64,000 nucleotides of DNA from a virus, in the IMG/VR virus record IMGVR_UViG_3300008448_000033, positions 1-64,000 of that record. One strand, 5' to 3'. Shown in pieces: positions 35,176 to 45,620 of the stretch; the stretch's first letter is position 1; each line of letters opens with the position of its first letter. The translations under genes and the position numbers were made by a program. The notes under the pieces were generated by a model that saw only the letters and a list, made by a program, of their open reading frames with translations, did no database searches and was not told where the DNA came from.

Positions 35176-35445
35176 TTATTCTTCTAGTGCTTCTTTCAGG
35201 ATGCCCTTTACGCTTTCTTGTGGAAGTGCGGTTAGGAATGCATAAAGAGCAGACTTTGGAATTTTTTGTTCATCTAATGCTTCAAGAAAATCAACTACTG
35301 AATCTACGGTTACTGATTCTTCATCATCTGATGAATAGATTTCTAAATATTCATTTAGCAATCCATCTAGCTCATGTTCGCCAGACTCAATCTTTTCTAA
35401 TTCTTCAGCGATTAGTTCTTTAAGTTCGCCCTTTGTTATTTGCAT
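35176..35445 (-). CDS. putative internal head protein (acidic)
   Basis: MQITKGELKELIAEEL motif. Confidence 0.5.
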   Translation of the reverse strand: MQITKGELKELIAEELEKIESGEHELDGLLNEYLEIYSSDDEESVTVDSVVDFLEALDEQKIPKSALYAFLTALPQESVKGILKEALEE

Positions 35446-35457
35446 TTTATATCCTTA

Positions 35458-36444
35458 TTATACACCGTGCTTATTTGAAGATTTTGCAGGAGTTAAGTTA
35501 CCAGTTTTGCCAGAACCCTTAGCCTCATTGCCTACCTTACCGCCAGCACCAAATGGTTTTTTACCTGCACCGTGGCCTTTTGGATTTGCTTTACCGCCAC
35601 CTTTTGATGTTTCATGGAAAGGTGCGCCGCCTTTCTTTTGTGGACCTTGACCAGTTAATTTTGAGTGGGTTTTACCGTGTTTACCGCCAGCTTTTTTAGC
35701 TTCATTTGAAGGTGCGCCTGATTTGGCTTTCTTTTTCATCTTCATTTTTTCTTTGGCTGACATTGCTTTGCCTTTTGCGCGAGCTTCGGCAAGGATACGA
35801 GCCTTAACGCGAGCTAAAACAGCTTCGGTTAAATCAGTTGATTCGTGTACTGGTTTGCCGCTTTGGGCTTTAGAATCTTTCATACCTTTTCTTTCGCCGG
35901 GATCTTGTACTTTTTTCTTTTCCACTTCAGCTTGTTTTTTTTCGGCTTCAGATTGTTCTTCGTTCAAGTCTTCTTCGCCATAAAGACCTTCTTCCATTTC
36001 TGCTTCTTCACCTTCTTCATCTTCCATTTCTGGTTCTTCGCCTTCTTCATCTTCCATTTCTGGTTCTTCTTCTGAAGGTTCTTCCATATCTTCTTCACCA
36101 GCACCTTCTTCGACTTCAATGCCTAATTCTGGGAATTCACTACCAATGGCTTTGATGACTCTTGAAACAACTTCTTTCTCGCTACCGCCACCAGCACCTT
36201 CCATGTCGAGTTCCATATCTTCGCCGCCCATATCGTCTTCGGCTTCTTCCATGTAATCGCCTTCTGGCATTTCTGGTTCCATCATATTTTCTTCTACTTC
36301 TTCACCACCAGCAACTTTCTTCATGCCCATACCTTCTTTGAGAACAGTGTTTTGCTCAACAAAGTTATCAGCAAATTTTTCCATATTTGCCAATTTCATA
36401 AAACGGCGGATAGTTCCCTCATCTAATCTTTTAGTATTGCTCAT
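35458..36444 (-). CDS. acidic/basic bipartite low-complexity protein (scaffold/core-like)
   Basis: LDEGTIRRFMKLA N-terminus, E/M-rich middle, G/K-rich tail. Confidence 0.5.
   Translation of the reverse strand: MSNTKRLDEGTIRRFMKLANMEKFADNFVEQNTVLKEGMGMKKVAGGEEVEENMMEPEMPEGDYMEEAEDDMGGEDMELDMEGAGGGSEKEVVSRVIKAIGSEFPELGIEVEEGAGEEDMEEPSEEEPEMEDEEGEEPEMEDEEGEEAEMEEGLYGEEDLNEEQSEAEKKQAEVEKKKVQDPGERKGMKDSKAQSGKPVHESTDLTEAVLARVKARILAEARAKGKAMSAKEKMKMKKKAKSGAPSNEAKKAGGKHGKTHSKLTGQGPQKKGGAPFHETSKGGGKANPKGHGAGKKPFGAGGKVGNEAKGSGKTGNLTPAKSSNKHGV
35991..36070. repeat. 30-bp coding tandem repeat (EEPEMEDEEG)
   Basis: ccttcttcatcttccatttctggttcttc at 36011 and 36041, plus a partial copy. Confidence 0.85.
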
Positions 36445-36488
36445 ATATTATCTCCTAATAAAATGTTTATAAAGATATACTAATCTTT

Positions 36489-36749
36489 TTATAAATAGTA
36501 TTCTTTATCTAAATGTTCCTTAAATTTTTCTTTTGCCTCATCTTCTAATTGCTTTATACGCACAAAACTGTAATTCATGCGTTTTGCTACCTGCCTTAAA
36601 GTCATCGGTCCACCGTTCTTTTCAAGTGCAATATCAATACAATTTAAATCTTCTTCATAATCTATCCAAGATCTGCAATTTTCATTTGGGCACGCCGTAT
36701 CAAGCTCTTTACAAGTTTCTGTGCATGTTTTAAAACTATATAGTGTCAT
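36489..36749 (-). CDS. stand-alone sigma70 region 4-like HTH protein with Cys-rich N-terminus
   Basis: PMTLRQVAKRMNYSFVRIKQLEDEAKEKF. Confidence 0.7.
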   Translation of the reverse strand: MTLYSFKTCTETCKELDTACPNENCRSWIDYEEDLNCIDIALEKNGGPMTLRQVAKRMNYSFVRIKQLEDEAKEKFKEHLDKEYYL

Positions 36750-37054
36750 AATTCTGAATTCTCCTTTGAAATTATATCAAATATATCTTGTATTTCGCTT
36801 TCTTCTAGAGCAAAATCGTTTTTAACTTCATTAAATTGTTTTTCGTCTTTTTTAATTTTGTCTTGTAAACTAACTCTTTTATTAGTTTCTTGCAAAAGAC
36901 TTATAATTCTTGGATCTCTTTCAAGATAGCCTTTTATGATAATATCAAAAAAAGCTGATTTAGATAATTTATCATAATCAAGTTGAATCTTTAGCTTTGC
37001 TAAAGTTGAATCTTCTTGGTCAATAAATAATCTAGAACCAGCTATTTTAAGCAT
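36746..37054 (-). CDS. hypothetical protein
   Basis: ORF in operon. Confidence 0.5.
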   Translation of the reverse strand: MLKIAGSRLFIDQEDSTLAKLKIQLDYDKLSKSAFFDIIIKGYLERDPRIISLLQETNKRVSLQDKIKKDEKQFNEVKNDFALEESEIQDIFDIISKENSEL

Positions 37055-38105
37055 GTGGAGTTGTTTTCAAAATATGTGTGGAGCTTTCGTTCTGACCGGC
37101 ACTTGTTTGCTTAATAAATTCAGCTTTTAGGTAAAGCTCTTCTATGTTTCTAGCCCCGCTGTAAGAAAGACCGCTGCGAATATTACCAACTAAATCGTTG
37201 AAAATGTTAGTAACAGATCCCTTGCAAGGAATCATTGTCGCAATACCTTCTGGAGCGGATGACTTTCCTCTCCATTCCTGTTGCGCTTCACGGCTTGCCA
37301 TACCACGGTAACTCTTAAATCTAGTGGCATGCAGTACCGATTCAACCACATTACCGGGAGCTTCATCTGTACCGGCTAAAAGGGAGCCAAGCATTACAAA
37401 ATCAGCACCAGCAGCAAGAGCTTTAACAGCATCGCCAGCATTTTTAATGCCGCCATCAGCGATTACTGCTGCACGTATAGCAACAGAAGCACATTCCATA
37501 ATAGCTGTGAGATTTGGCACACCATGACCAGTTTGAATACGGGTAGAACAAATTGATCCACCGCCTATTCCTACCCGAATTGAGTCCGCTCCCCAAGCTT
37601 CTAGTCTTTCAAAAGCATGCCTAGTGGCTACGTTACCTGCCATGATATGGATAGATAAACCATACTTATCTCTAATAGATCTAATGGCATTTTTTACCAT
37701 TATATGATCGCCGTGCGCCACATCAATGCAGATAAAATCTGCACCTGCACTTTGCAAAGCATCAACGCGGTCCATAAAATCGCCAGTAGTACCGATAGCA
37801 GCACCAACTCGTTCACCTTCGCGCTTTACTGCTCTTACAATGTCTGCTTGTTCGCTAACGCTATTATAGCGATGAATTATCGCAACGCCGCCCAATTTAG
37901 ATAGAGCAATAGCCATATCCTGACCTGATACAGTATCCATAGGACTGGCAATAACAGGAGAATCAAAAACTAAGTTTTTTCCCAGCGCGCTAGTGAGTGA
38001 AATTTCTGATCTTGATTCTATATCGCTGTACTTTGGAACTAACAGAACATCATCGTAGCTTAAAGTTTCTTTCATTTTTTCCTCTTTTCTTGACAATCTG
38101 GACAA
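37047..38105 (-). CDS. guaB: IMP dehydrogenase/GMP reductase family (no CBS domains)
   Basis: [41 protein letters not shown]; start probably 38075. Confidence 0.88.
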   Translation of the reverse strand: MSRLSRKEEKMKETLSYDDVLLVPKYSDIESRSEISLTSALGKNLVFDSPVIASPMDTVSGQDMAIALSKLGGVAIIHRYNSVSEQADIVRAVKREGERVGAAIGTTGDFMDRVDALQSAGADFICIDVAHGDHIMVKNAIRSIRDKYGLSIHIMAGNVATRHAFERLEAWGADSIRVGIGGGSICSTRIQTGHGVPNLTAIMECASVAIRAAVIADGGIKNAGDAVKALAAGADFVMLGSLLAGTDEAPGNVVESVLHATRFKSYRGMASREAQQEWRGKSSAPEGIATMIPCKGSVTNIFNDLVGNIRSGLSYSGARNIEELYLKAEFIKQTSAGQNESSTHILKTTPHA

Positions 38106-38299
38106 TAAAGATCCACTTTCTTCTGATCGCTAAAGACTTCGACAAACCAAGTCATAGCCATCTGTTTATCTTTTTTATCATATTGTTTCTGGCATGTCAA
38201 GCATTCGTTCGGTAAATTCAACATTAAATCTATTGTCGATGTTGTTTTCTTTCCAGCCATTTTGTTCAGCATCCGTCTTTGTTTTCTGTTCATTGCCAT
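38072..38299 (-). CDS. zinc-binding hypothetical protein
   Basis: MNRKQRR, CLTC...CPDC. Confidence 0.55.
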   Translation of the reverse strand: MAMNRKQRRMLNKMAGKKTTSTIDLMLNLPNECLTCQKQYDKKDKQMAMTWFVEVFSDQKKVDLYCPDCQEKRKK

Positions 38300-38564
38300 T
38301 TAAATATTCCTTATATTCTTCGCAGTCCTTTGGAAGTATTGTAACGATTGATTTAGTCGTTCTAGAATAAATAACAAATAAATCTTCATTTTTATAATTC
38401 ACCATATGTAAACTTTTAGAATTCGTGTAAGTATTTATATGTTTGGTTTTGTTTTGCTTTATTAGCAGAATTATATTTTTTCTGTCATCGTGATTTAAAA
38501 CCAGATTATAACGCTGTTTAGCCCTTTTGGCAGCGTGCTTGTGTCTTTTCTGTCTAACATTCAT
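38178..38564 (-). CDS. hypothetical protein (RelE-like HA..RA..R / IVTIL pattern)
   Basis: HAAKRAKQRY...KSIVTILP. Confidence 0.4.
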   Translation of the reverse strand: MNVRQKRHKHAAKRAKQRYNLVLNHDDRKNIILLIKQNKTKHINTYTNSKSLHMVNYKNEDLFVIYSRTTKSIVTILPKDCEEYKEYLNGNEQKTKTDAEQNGWKENNIDNRFNVEFTERMLDMPETI

Positions 38565-38632
38565 GTTTGCTCCAAATCAAAACCCACAGTATGCATTATA
38601 ACATACTGTGGGCTTAGATAAAGCTCTATGAA

Positions 38633-39145
38633 TTATTTAGTTCCTGAACTGCCAAATCCGCTTGTTCCTCTAGTATTTTCAGAAATATCAAAGTTTTCTA
38701 CCTGTTCAAGTTTGCTTTCCCAAACCTTTTGTACCGTGAACTGTGCAATCTTATCATGGTGATTAATGATCACGGTATTATTAGTACCGTTATACACAAC
38801 GATTCCCCAAGGACCAGTATAAAAACTGTCCACAAGACCAAGAATAACAAACTTGCCTTTGCTATTCATCCCAGACCTTCCACGAATATCACACGCCCAA
38901 CCTTTAGGGGGCATGATAGCCAGACCAGTTGGTACAATAACTGTTGCACCGGGATCAATATAGATGGGAGTTTCTGGTGTATCGCAAAATAAATCCCATG
39001 CCGCATCTTCAGAGTGCGCTTTCTGCGGTCCTTTAGCGGTTTTTGTTAATGGCTTCCATTGTAATACTGGTTTATAAAAATCTTCAAATTTCTTTGTCCA
39101 CTCAGTTTCCTTACCATTTTCTGTATTAACATACCATGTTGTCAT
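38633..39145 (-). CDS. dut: dUTPase (trimeric)
   Basis: DAAWDL, GRSG, GLVDSFYTG, KIAQ, RGTSGFGSSG. Confidence 0.92.
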   Translation of the reverse strand: MTTWYVNTENGKETEWTKKFEDFYKPVLQWKPLTKTAKGPQKAHSEDAAWDLFCDTPETPIYIDPGATVIVPTGLAIMPPKGWACDIRGRSGMNSKGKFVILGLVDSFYTGPWGIVVYNGTNNTVIINHHDKIAQFTVQKVWESKLEQVENFDISENTRGTSGFGSSGTK

Positions 39146-39393
39146 TGTTGCTCCTTAATAGGTTCTTTATACATTTCGTACCAAAAATAAACACATTCAT
39201 TCGCTTTTGGATATTTTTCATAATGCTCAGTTAGTTTTCTTTTGATATCTTCATTAGAAAAACAAGCATATGAGGTATACATTTTACCATAGTTACAGGC
39301 TTGCTCATCAAAAATCATTTCTGGAAATGGTGTTCCTTTTTTGTGAGTTGATACTTTAAGTGTTATCGCTGTTGGGGTTTCTGGGTCTATCAT
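39142..39393 (-). CDS. hypothetical protein
   Basis: ORF in operon. Confidence 0.45.
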   Translation of the reverse strand: MIDPETPTAITLKVSTHKKGTPFPEMIFDEQACNYGKMYTSYACFSNEDIKRKLTEHYEKYPKANECVYFWYEMYKEPIKEQQ

Positions 39394-39680
39394 CTCATAG
39401 CCTCTGCTTTCTTTTTCATTTGTCTTGCAAGATCTTCAAGTTTATAGGCAGCATCCATAAGAACTTTTTTACTGCCTAAATTGTGATCTATAGAAACAAC
39501 AGTATCGGCTAATTTAATTTTAGTACCTTCATGCTCAAAAACGACAGATGACTTAGAAACTACCTCGCTATTTTCTAATACTTCCACATCTTCATGCATT
39601 AATCTCCAAAACATTTTGTCTCCCTTATATTCCGATTGCTCTAATTCATTTCTCATAAACCAATCTTTTGTTCTGCTCAT
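39390..39680 (-). CDS. hypothetical protein
   Basis: ORF coupled to dnaE. Confidence 0.45.
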   Translation of the reverse strand: MSRTKDWFMRNELEQSEYKGDKMFWRLMHEDVEVLENSEVVSKSSVVFEHEGTKIKLADTVVSIDHNLGSKKVLMDAAYKLEDLARQMKKKAEAMR

Positions 39681-42600
39681 GCCAATAACCTCGTCTGATC
39701 TTTAAGTGATTTGATTGAAAACCCATATCCATCTTTATTGATTTGACCCATATAAGGTCTATTCAAGTGAATGATGTCGTTCTCTCTTATAGACCAACAT
39801 TTAATTGTTGTCAATGAGTTTGTATTATCGGTCACTGTTAAAATCCAATACGGTCTACCTTTTTTATTTAATTTAATCTCTTTATTTCTTGGAATAAACC
39901 AAACGATATCTTGGTCTAATTCTTCATCAAAATCACCAATTGGTTGGATATTTTTCTTATTAAGTTTAAGAAGCACTTTCTCGGACATAACAAGATTAAT
40001 CGGATAAATGCCAGTTAAAGCTGTCATATGCTCAATTCTTTCCTCTGTAGTGAAATCTCCTTCTGGCTTATATTTTTCAATATTTTCATCTAGTTTCTTT
40101 TTTGTCTTTGGACGATCAACTACAACTGCACTCCAAAAATGCTTGGCACCAGTAAATCTTTTATCTATCAAATCACTCATAGCACCACCTCTTGTTAGAG
40201 CATCAAGAGCTTTTTTATTAAATTTGCTATAAACAATATCTGGATGAAATAAAACATCTTCAATTGTTTTAAAAGGTCTATGCTTAATAATTTCATTAAT
40301 TGCCGCATCACCAAGACCTTTAATAGAGGATAGTGGTTGAATCAATGTTTTAGAATCATTTGAGTCTACTTCCCAAGTAGTACCAGATGAATTAATATCA
40401 AGTCTTTTAATATTATATCCATATGTCTTAGCAATGGCTATGGCTTGCTCTTTTCGCTTTTCTGGTTCTTTGTCGAGGAATGCAGCGAGCCATTCAGCAG
40501 GGTAGTAGTAAAAAAGATAGGCACACTGATAAGATAGAATGGAATAGCAAACAGCATGAGAGAGGTTGAAACCATAACCGCTGAAGAATTCCATAGTTTT
40601 CCAGAGGTTAATTGCATTTTCTTCGCTAATTCCCTTTTCACTACATCCCTCAATAAATTTACCATACAGCTTCTCCTTTACAGCAGCTTCTTTACCAGTT
40701 CCTTTTTTAGTTAGAACTTTACGAAGCTCATTGCCTTCATCAAGCGAAATATCTTTTCCTAATTTGTGTGCCAGCAAGCTCAATTGCTCTTGGAAAACAA
40801 GAAAACCAAATGTTTCACCGGCAACTTCTTTAACTAATTCATGAACGTATTCAACTTCATCAGGATTATTTTTAGCATTTACATATTTTGTATGAACGTT
40901 AGCGGATAATGGACCGGGACGATAAATAGAAGTAATAGCTGCAATATCTACAATGTTTTTTGGCTTTGCATCCATGCAGAATTTTTGTGCATTTGGATTT
41001 GTAAATTGGAATGTACCACAGAAATTACCATTTTGAAATACGTGTTCATAAACGTTTTGATCGTTAAGATTCATTGTATTCGGATGTAATTTTTCATCAT
41101 AGAATTTTTTAACTTCTTGAAACGTTGGCTCTTTGATACCGTGATGATTTTTAAGAATTTGACGAATGCAAGTATCAACCATTTCAAGAGTTGATAATCC
41201 AAGAATATCAAACTTGATAAAACCAAGTGGTTCTAAATGACGAACTGTTTGTCCTTCTGTCCAAGGTGTCTGCACAACATCGCCACTTTTAATTAATGGC
41301 ATTTTTTGATCAATGTTATCTGCAAATAAAACTCCACCCGCATGTCGAGAAATAGAACGAATTTGCTTTTGTAAAGTTTCGACATGTGTTGCAACATTTG
41401 GATATTTCAAAAGATAAGCAACTAGTGATGGTGAATGTTCCTTTAACTCTTCCCAAGTTGGGTCATAAACACCGGCAGTAATACCATGAATCTTTTTACA
41501 AACTGGTGTTGCCTCGTTAATCATTTTGCTTGTTACTTCATTTACTTCTTGAAATGGAATTTCGTATAGCTTGCTAATATCTTTAACAAGCGAACGAGCC
41601 TTAAGAGTATTATAATTTGAAATTGGTACTACAGTATTTTCACCATATTCTTTAATAAACATTTCCTTAGCTGAAAACGCATCCATGCAATCATAATCAA
41701 TATCTGGATAGTCTTTAGCATTCTTGCGAATAAATCGTGAGAACTGGAGCTTGTATTTGATTGGGTCAATTTGAGTAATACCAAGTAGATAAGATACAAG
41801 CGAACCAGCACCAGATCCACGACCACTGCCAACCAATTGTGTAGACGATACTTTATCGCTAATAGTTCTCATGGTTAGAAAGTATTTAGAGAAACCACGA
41901 TCTTTAATCGTATATAGCTCCTCTTTTAATCTTTCAATATATTCATTATCTTTATGAAGATTAAATTTCTTTAGATTCTCCACAGCAATTTTTGCCAAGC
42001 AAAGATCAGCAGTTGTCCCCTCTGGAACAACAAAACTTGGTAATTTAATAGTTGTATCAGGAGTATAATCTTGAATGCGATTTTGTAGAATGTCCGCAGT
42101 ACGGGCAATGCTTTCTTCTACCAGTTTATCGTCGTAAGAAAATCCAAGGCGATCTGAATACTCACGATACGCCGCGAACAATTCATCCCCGTTTTTAGGA
42201 TAAAGTTGGTACTCCATTTCTGCAAGTGATTGTGGTAACTGATCAATCTTAATCTCATCTTTCCGTTTACCCATCCATCCAAGCATTTTATAAATTTCAC
42301 GGTCCTTCCACTTATCAGGTGAAGGAAAGTGAGCATCGCATGTACTGACCAGTTGAAAACCATATTGCTTACTTAACTCAATAATGTGTTGATTGATTAT
42401 GTGCTGCTCTTTATAATTTGCCCATTGAAGCTCGCCATAAAAACGATCTCCAAAGATCTCCATCATTCTTTGAACAGTTCTTTCCATCGCTCCCATAACA
42501 GCACTGCTACCGAGGTCACGATTACGCCAATAGTCATTCCCAAGAATACCGCCAATACAGGCAGTTGAGGCAATAATTCCGCCATTGTATTTATGGAGAA

Positions 42601-43108
42601 GGTTGTAATCAATACGAGGATAACGATAGAAATTATCTCCACGATAGGATTCACTAACCAATTTAAAAAGATTATTAAGCCCTTCCTGATTAATCGCGTT
42701 AAGGACAAGATGACTCCTTTGGTTCAATGTATTATATGAACCCTTCTTTGTTTCGCTTTCATCTTCAACAACAAGTCCAACATCTTCATCGACCTGTTTT
42801 GCAAGTTTAGCGTCTTCTTTATGTTTTTCTTTTTCTAATTTCCAAGATGGAATATCTGGATGTACATAGGCTTCAATTCCGTAAACAATCTTAAAATCTT
42901 TACCTTCATCCTTCATTTTTTTAGATTTCTGAAAAGCATAAGCAAAGCTATTCATGTTGCCATGCTCAGTAAAAGCCATGCCTTTCAAACCATTTGAAAA
43001 AGCAAAGTCGGCATGCTCTTCTGGATATCCCATGCCATCGAATATTGAAAATGTGGTATGACCGTGCATATTGTAAAACGGAATAGATGGTTTTTTATTT
43101 TCTGTCAT
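39677..43108 (-). CDS. dnaE: DNA polymerase III alpha subunit (family C)
   Basis: PHP HGHTTFS, GRGSGAGSLV, PDIDYD, RHAGGV, KFDILGL, GYGFNLSHA. Confidence 0.95.
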   Translation of the reverse strand: MTENKKPSIPFYNMHGHTTFSIFDGMGYPEEHADFAFSNGLKGMAFTEHGNMNSFAYAFQKSKKMKDEGKDFKIVYGIEAYVHPDIPSWKLEKEKHKEDAKLAKQVDEDVGLVVEDESETKKGSYNTLNQRSHLVLNAINQEGLNNLFKLVSESYRGDNFYRYPRIDYNLLHKYNGGIIASTACIGGILGNDYWRNRDLGSSAVMGAMERTVQRMMEIFGDRFYGELQWANYKEQHIINQHIIELSKQYGFQLVSTCDAHFPSPDKWKDREIYKMLGWMGKRKDEIKIDQLPQSLAEMEYQLYPKNGDELFAAYREYSDRLGFSYDDKLVEESIARTADILQNRIQDYTPDTTIKLPSFVVPEGTTADLCLAKIAVENLKKFNLHKDNEYIERLKEELYTIKDRGFSKYFLTMRTISDKVSSTQLVGSGRGSGAGSLVSYLLGITQIDPIKYKLQFSRFIRKNAKDYPDIDYDCMDAFSAKEMFIKEYGENTVVPISNYNTLKARSLVKDISKLYEIPFQEVNEVTSKMINEATPVCKKIHGITAGVYDPTWEELKEHSPSLVAYLLKYPNVATHVETLQKQIRSISRHAGGVLFADNIDQKMPLIKSGDVVQTPWTEGQTVRHLEPLGFIKFDILGLSTLEMVDTCIRQILKNHHGIKEPTFQEVKKFYDEKLHPNTMNLNDQNVYEHVFQNGNFCGTFQFTNPNAQKFCMDAKPKNIVDIAAITSIYRPGPLSANVHTKYVNAKNNPDEVEYVHELVKEVAGETFGFLVFQEQLSLLAHKLGKDISLDEGNELRKVLTKKGTGKEAAVKEKLYGKFIEGCSEKGISEENAINLWKTMEFFSGYGFNLSHAVCYSILSYQCAYLFYYYPAEWLAAFLDKEPEKRKEQAIAIAKTYGYNIKRLDINSSGTTWEVDSNDSKTLIQPLSSIKGLGDAAINEIIKHRPFKTIEDVLFHPDIVYSKFNKKALDALTRGGAMSDLIDKRFTGAKHFWSAVVVDRPKTKKKLDENIEKYKPEGDFTTEERIEHMTALTGIYPINLVMSEKVLLKLNKKNIQPIGDFDEELDQDIVWFIPRNKEIKLNKKGRPYWILTVTDNTNSLTTIKCWSIRENDIIHLNRPYMGQINKDGYGFSIKSLKDQTRLLA

Positions 43109-43248
43109 TGCATACCTTCTTTAGATTTATATCGTGCTGTAGAGTGTTAGTATACTGCGAAACATAATAGCAGTCACTTTCTTTTTTTAAGAAAATAATT
43201 CCAACAGTTACTAATGCTGCCAATATCAGCAATGGACGACCATATTTT

Positions 43249-44127
43249 TCAGGTATCATTTACGCCCTCAAATAGCTCATATCTTTTTGTTGTTAAAAAG
43301 ATATTATCTCTTTTATACACAAGCTTATTTTCGTCTGATTTTAAAAAGTTTTTATAGTTATCCCAAGAATTGATTTCATGAAACCAAGGTAAATCTCTTA
43401 TTACATATTCTGATAGATCTAATGGATAAAAAATTTCATTCAATTTCATGTTCAAGGTTCTTACCGTGTTCATGGATCTATCAGAATTATGCCAAACATG
43501 CAAGGCATACTCTTTTAAATTGTCTTTACATCTTTTAAATTCAGAAGTTTTAAAAGTAAAACTGATATGTTTATTGTCTTTTACGGATAGACCATCGTGA
43601 CAGAATATTATGTTTGTATTACTTGAGATTATGTCTCTATTTTCATATATAACACTTTCAGGTACAACTCCAAAAGGAAAAGCACAATAGAATTTTTTTG
43701 GAGTGGTCCATCTGCTTATCTCAGAACAAACTTTATAAGCAGTATCTGCACCATAAAGAATAGAATGTCCAAGCGAATCATGTCTATCTCTGTTTTTGGG
43801 ATGAATTGGGATATAATATATTTGTATTTCTTTTCTTCTTTTAATATCATGGCGTGTATTTACCATTTCTGGTCTAGAATAAATAGTTGCAGGATCGTAT
43901 ATCATCTCTCCAACAACTTTTTTGATTAAGGGTTGTGTCCCTAAATGACCAACTATCCAGATTGTATCACAACCAGCAACAGCGCACTCAAAAACTGCTC
44001 TTTCAATAGCGGTATAGTTATCTGCAATTGGCATAAGAGTGTCATGCCAAGGCATATTAAACATATTATCAGGACTTGCTATAGGAACGATACCAGCTAA
44101 ATGATTAACAGTTTTTTCTTGTTGCAT
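43249..44127 (-). CDS. divergent sugar-phosphate nucleotidyltransferase-fold protein
   Basis: LAGIVPIA...LMPI...IERAVFECAVAGCDTIWIV...SLGHSIL. Confidence 0.5.
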   Translation of the reverse strand: MQQEKTVNHLAGIVPIASPDNMFNMPWHDTLMPIADNYTAIERAVFECAVAGCDTIWIVGHLGTQPLIKKVVGEMIYDPATIYSRPEMVNTRHDIKRRKEIQIYYIPIHPKNRDRHDSLGHSILYGADTAYKVCSEISRWTTPKKFYCAFPFGVVPESVIYENRDIISSNTNIIFCHDGLSVKDNKHISFTFKTSEFKRCKDNLKEYALHVWHNSDRSMNTVRTLNMKLNEIFYPLDLSEYVIRDLPWFHEINSWDNYKNFLKSDENKLVYKRDNIFLTTKRYELFEGVNDT

Positions 44128-44926
44128 TTAATAAAATTCTTTCTATATGATTAAAATATTTATGTTCTTTTTTATCGCTTTTTAATATTTCTTGAGGAGT
44201 TTTATCAATTATGTGAAAATTTTCTAACATATCATTATACAATGTTTTACCATATGGATAAATCTCTCTATGCGATATATTAACAATTAATTTTTTACAC
44301 TCTCCGGTTATAGCAGATTTTAAATTCCCTTTTGCATTATATTTTTTTAATTCTCTTAAAACTTTCATTCTAGACAGAGAGATATCAAAATCTTGATTTT
44401 TAATTTCTTCATCTGATAAATATGAAATTGCAGCTATCTTTGCTTCGTCTTGATTTATCTTTATTGTTTTTACAAAATCATCATCTAATTCTAAATTATG
44501 ATTTATTATTTGAATGCCTTTTTGGGCATCAAACCAATCTATTACAAGATTTCTAGAATTAGTTTTATTTATTGATGCCAAGCCATTTATATTTTGCTCA
44601 TCAAATAAAAATAAATTTTTGTATGAAATATTACAAACGAAGTTTTCTTTTGTTGTTATTTTTAATAAATTAGAATCTGCCAATCTAATACTTTGAACAA
44701 TATTAGAAAATGGAGATAAGTGATTAATAGATAATAAAAACATTATTTCTTGCCATTTATCTATACTTTTAATTTTATCGTCAAACATAGAAAATGGATC
44801 TGGTTTATTTATCTTTGTATAAACTATTGGTATTTTATTTATATAAGAATAGCACAGCGCACTCAAGTCTGAGCCTATGATTAGATCATCATAAACTAAG
44901 TCAAGAGTGCGCTGTATATTAGCCAT
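44105..44926 (-). CDS. divergent Rossmann/FAD-oxidoreductase-like protein
   Basis: YDDLIIGSDLSAL degenerate dinucleotide-binding start. Confidence 0.4.
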   Translation of the reverse strand: MANIQRTLDLVYDDLIIGSDLSALCYSYINKIPIVYTKINKPDPFSMFDDKIKSIDKWQEIMFLLSINHLSPFSNIVQSIRLADSNLLKITTKENFVCNISYKNLFLFDEQNINGLASINKTNSRNLVIDWFDAQKGIQIINHNLELDDDFVKTIKINQDEAKIAAISYLSDEEIKNQDFDISLSRMKVLRELKKYNAKGNLKSAITGECKKLIVNISHREIYPYGKTLYNDMLENFHIIDKTPQEILKSDKKEHKYFNHIERILLNATRKNC

Positions 44927-45620
44927 TTTTTACTTCGTTATAAGCCTTAATTGTTTCTGGATATTTCTCTTCCAAAATCTTTAGCATTGCTTCGGCTACA
45001 CGTTGAATTTCCCATTGTGCGCCTTCATGTGAGCGTAATTCAATAAACTTTAAAATATTGTTAAGGTTTGCACTTGCATAATATTCTGTATACATATTCT
45101 GCGGTAAAATACCTCTTGCTTGCTCTCGACAAACTCCCTTACGCATCATTTCTTCATAAAGAAAAACAGCAGCCAAATGATGATCGCGGATAGCTCTTGA
45201 TGCAGATACTTCACCAACTTCGTAAACAACAGGATCAATCATATTACCTTCGTTACTAGCTTGGCGATTTTTTTCATGTTGAGTTCTAAATGTCATTGGT
45301 TCGTAAAATTCTAGATTCTCTGCTGTATAACGGCGAGAGATTTCATTATAGCTCCAAGTACGATGACGATGATGCTGTGAACGAATAAATAACGGAACTT
45401 TTACACGAAACGTAATGAAACAATGCTCTAGTGTGCTTGTATGCTTATGTTTAATAAGGTAGCGAATTAGTTTACGGTCCTTATCATCTAATTCAGACTT
45501 ATGAACCCCAAACGATACGCGAGCAGAGTTAACAACAGTGAGGTCTGAGCCAACTGCATCAACAAGTTCAACTTTTCCAATTCCATCTCCATATAATTCA
45601 ATACTAGTCATTCGGTACAA
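44919..45620 (-). CDS. thyX: flavin-dependent thymidylate synthase
   Basis: HTSTLEH, RHRTWSYNEISRRY, REQARGILP, LRSHEGAQWEI. Confidence 0.95.
   Translation of the reverse strand: MYRMTSIELYGDGIGKVELVDAVGSDLTVVNSARVSFGVHKSELDDKDRKLIRYLIKHKHTSTLEHCFITFRVKVPLFIRSQHHRHRTWSYNEISRRYTAENLEFYEPMTFRTQHEKNRQASNEGNMIDPVVYEVGEVSASRAIRDHHLAAVFLYEEMMRKGVCREQARGILPQNMYTEYYASANLNNILKFIELRSHEGAQWEIQRVAEAMLKILEEKYPETIKAYNEVKNG

Noticed and set aside
35991-36070. Functional DNA repeat element
   Set aside because: It is explained as an in-frame duplication within a low-complexity acidic protein.
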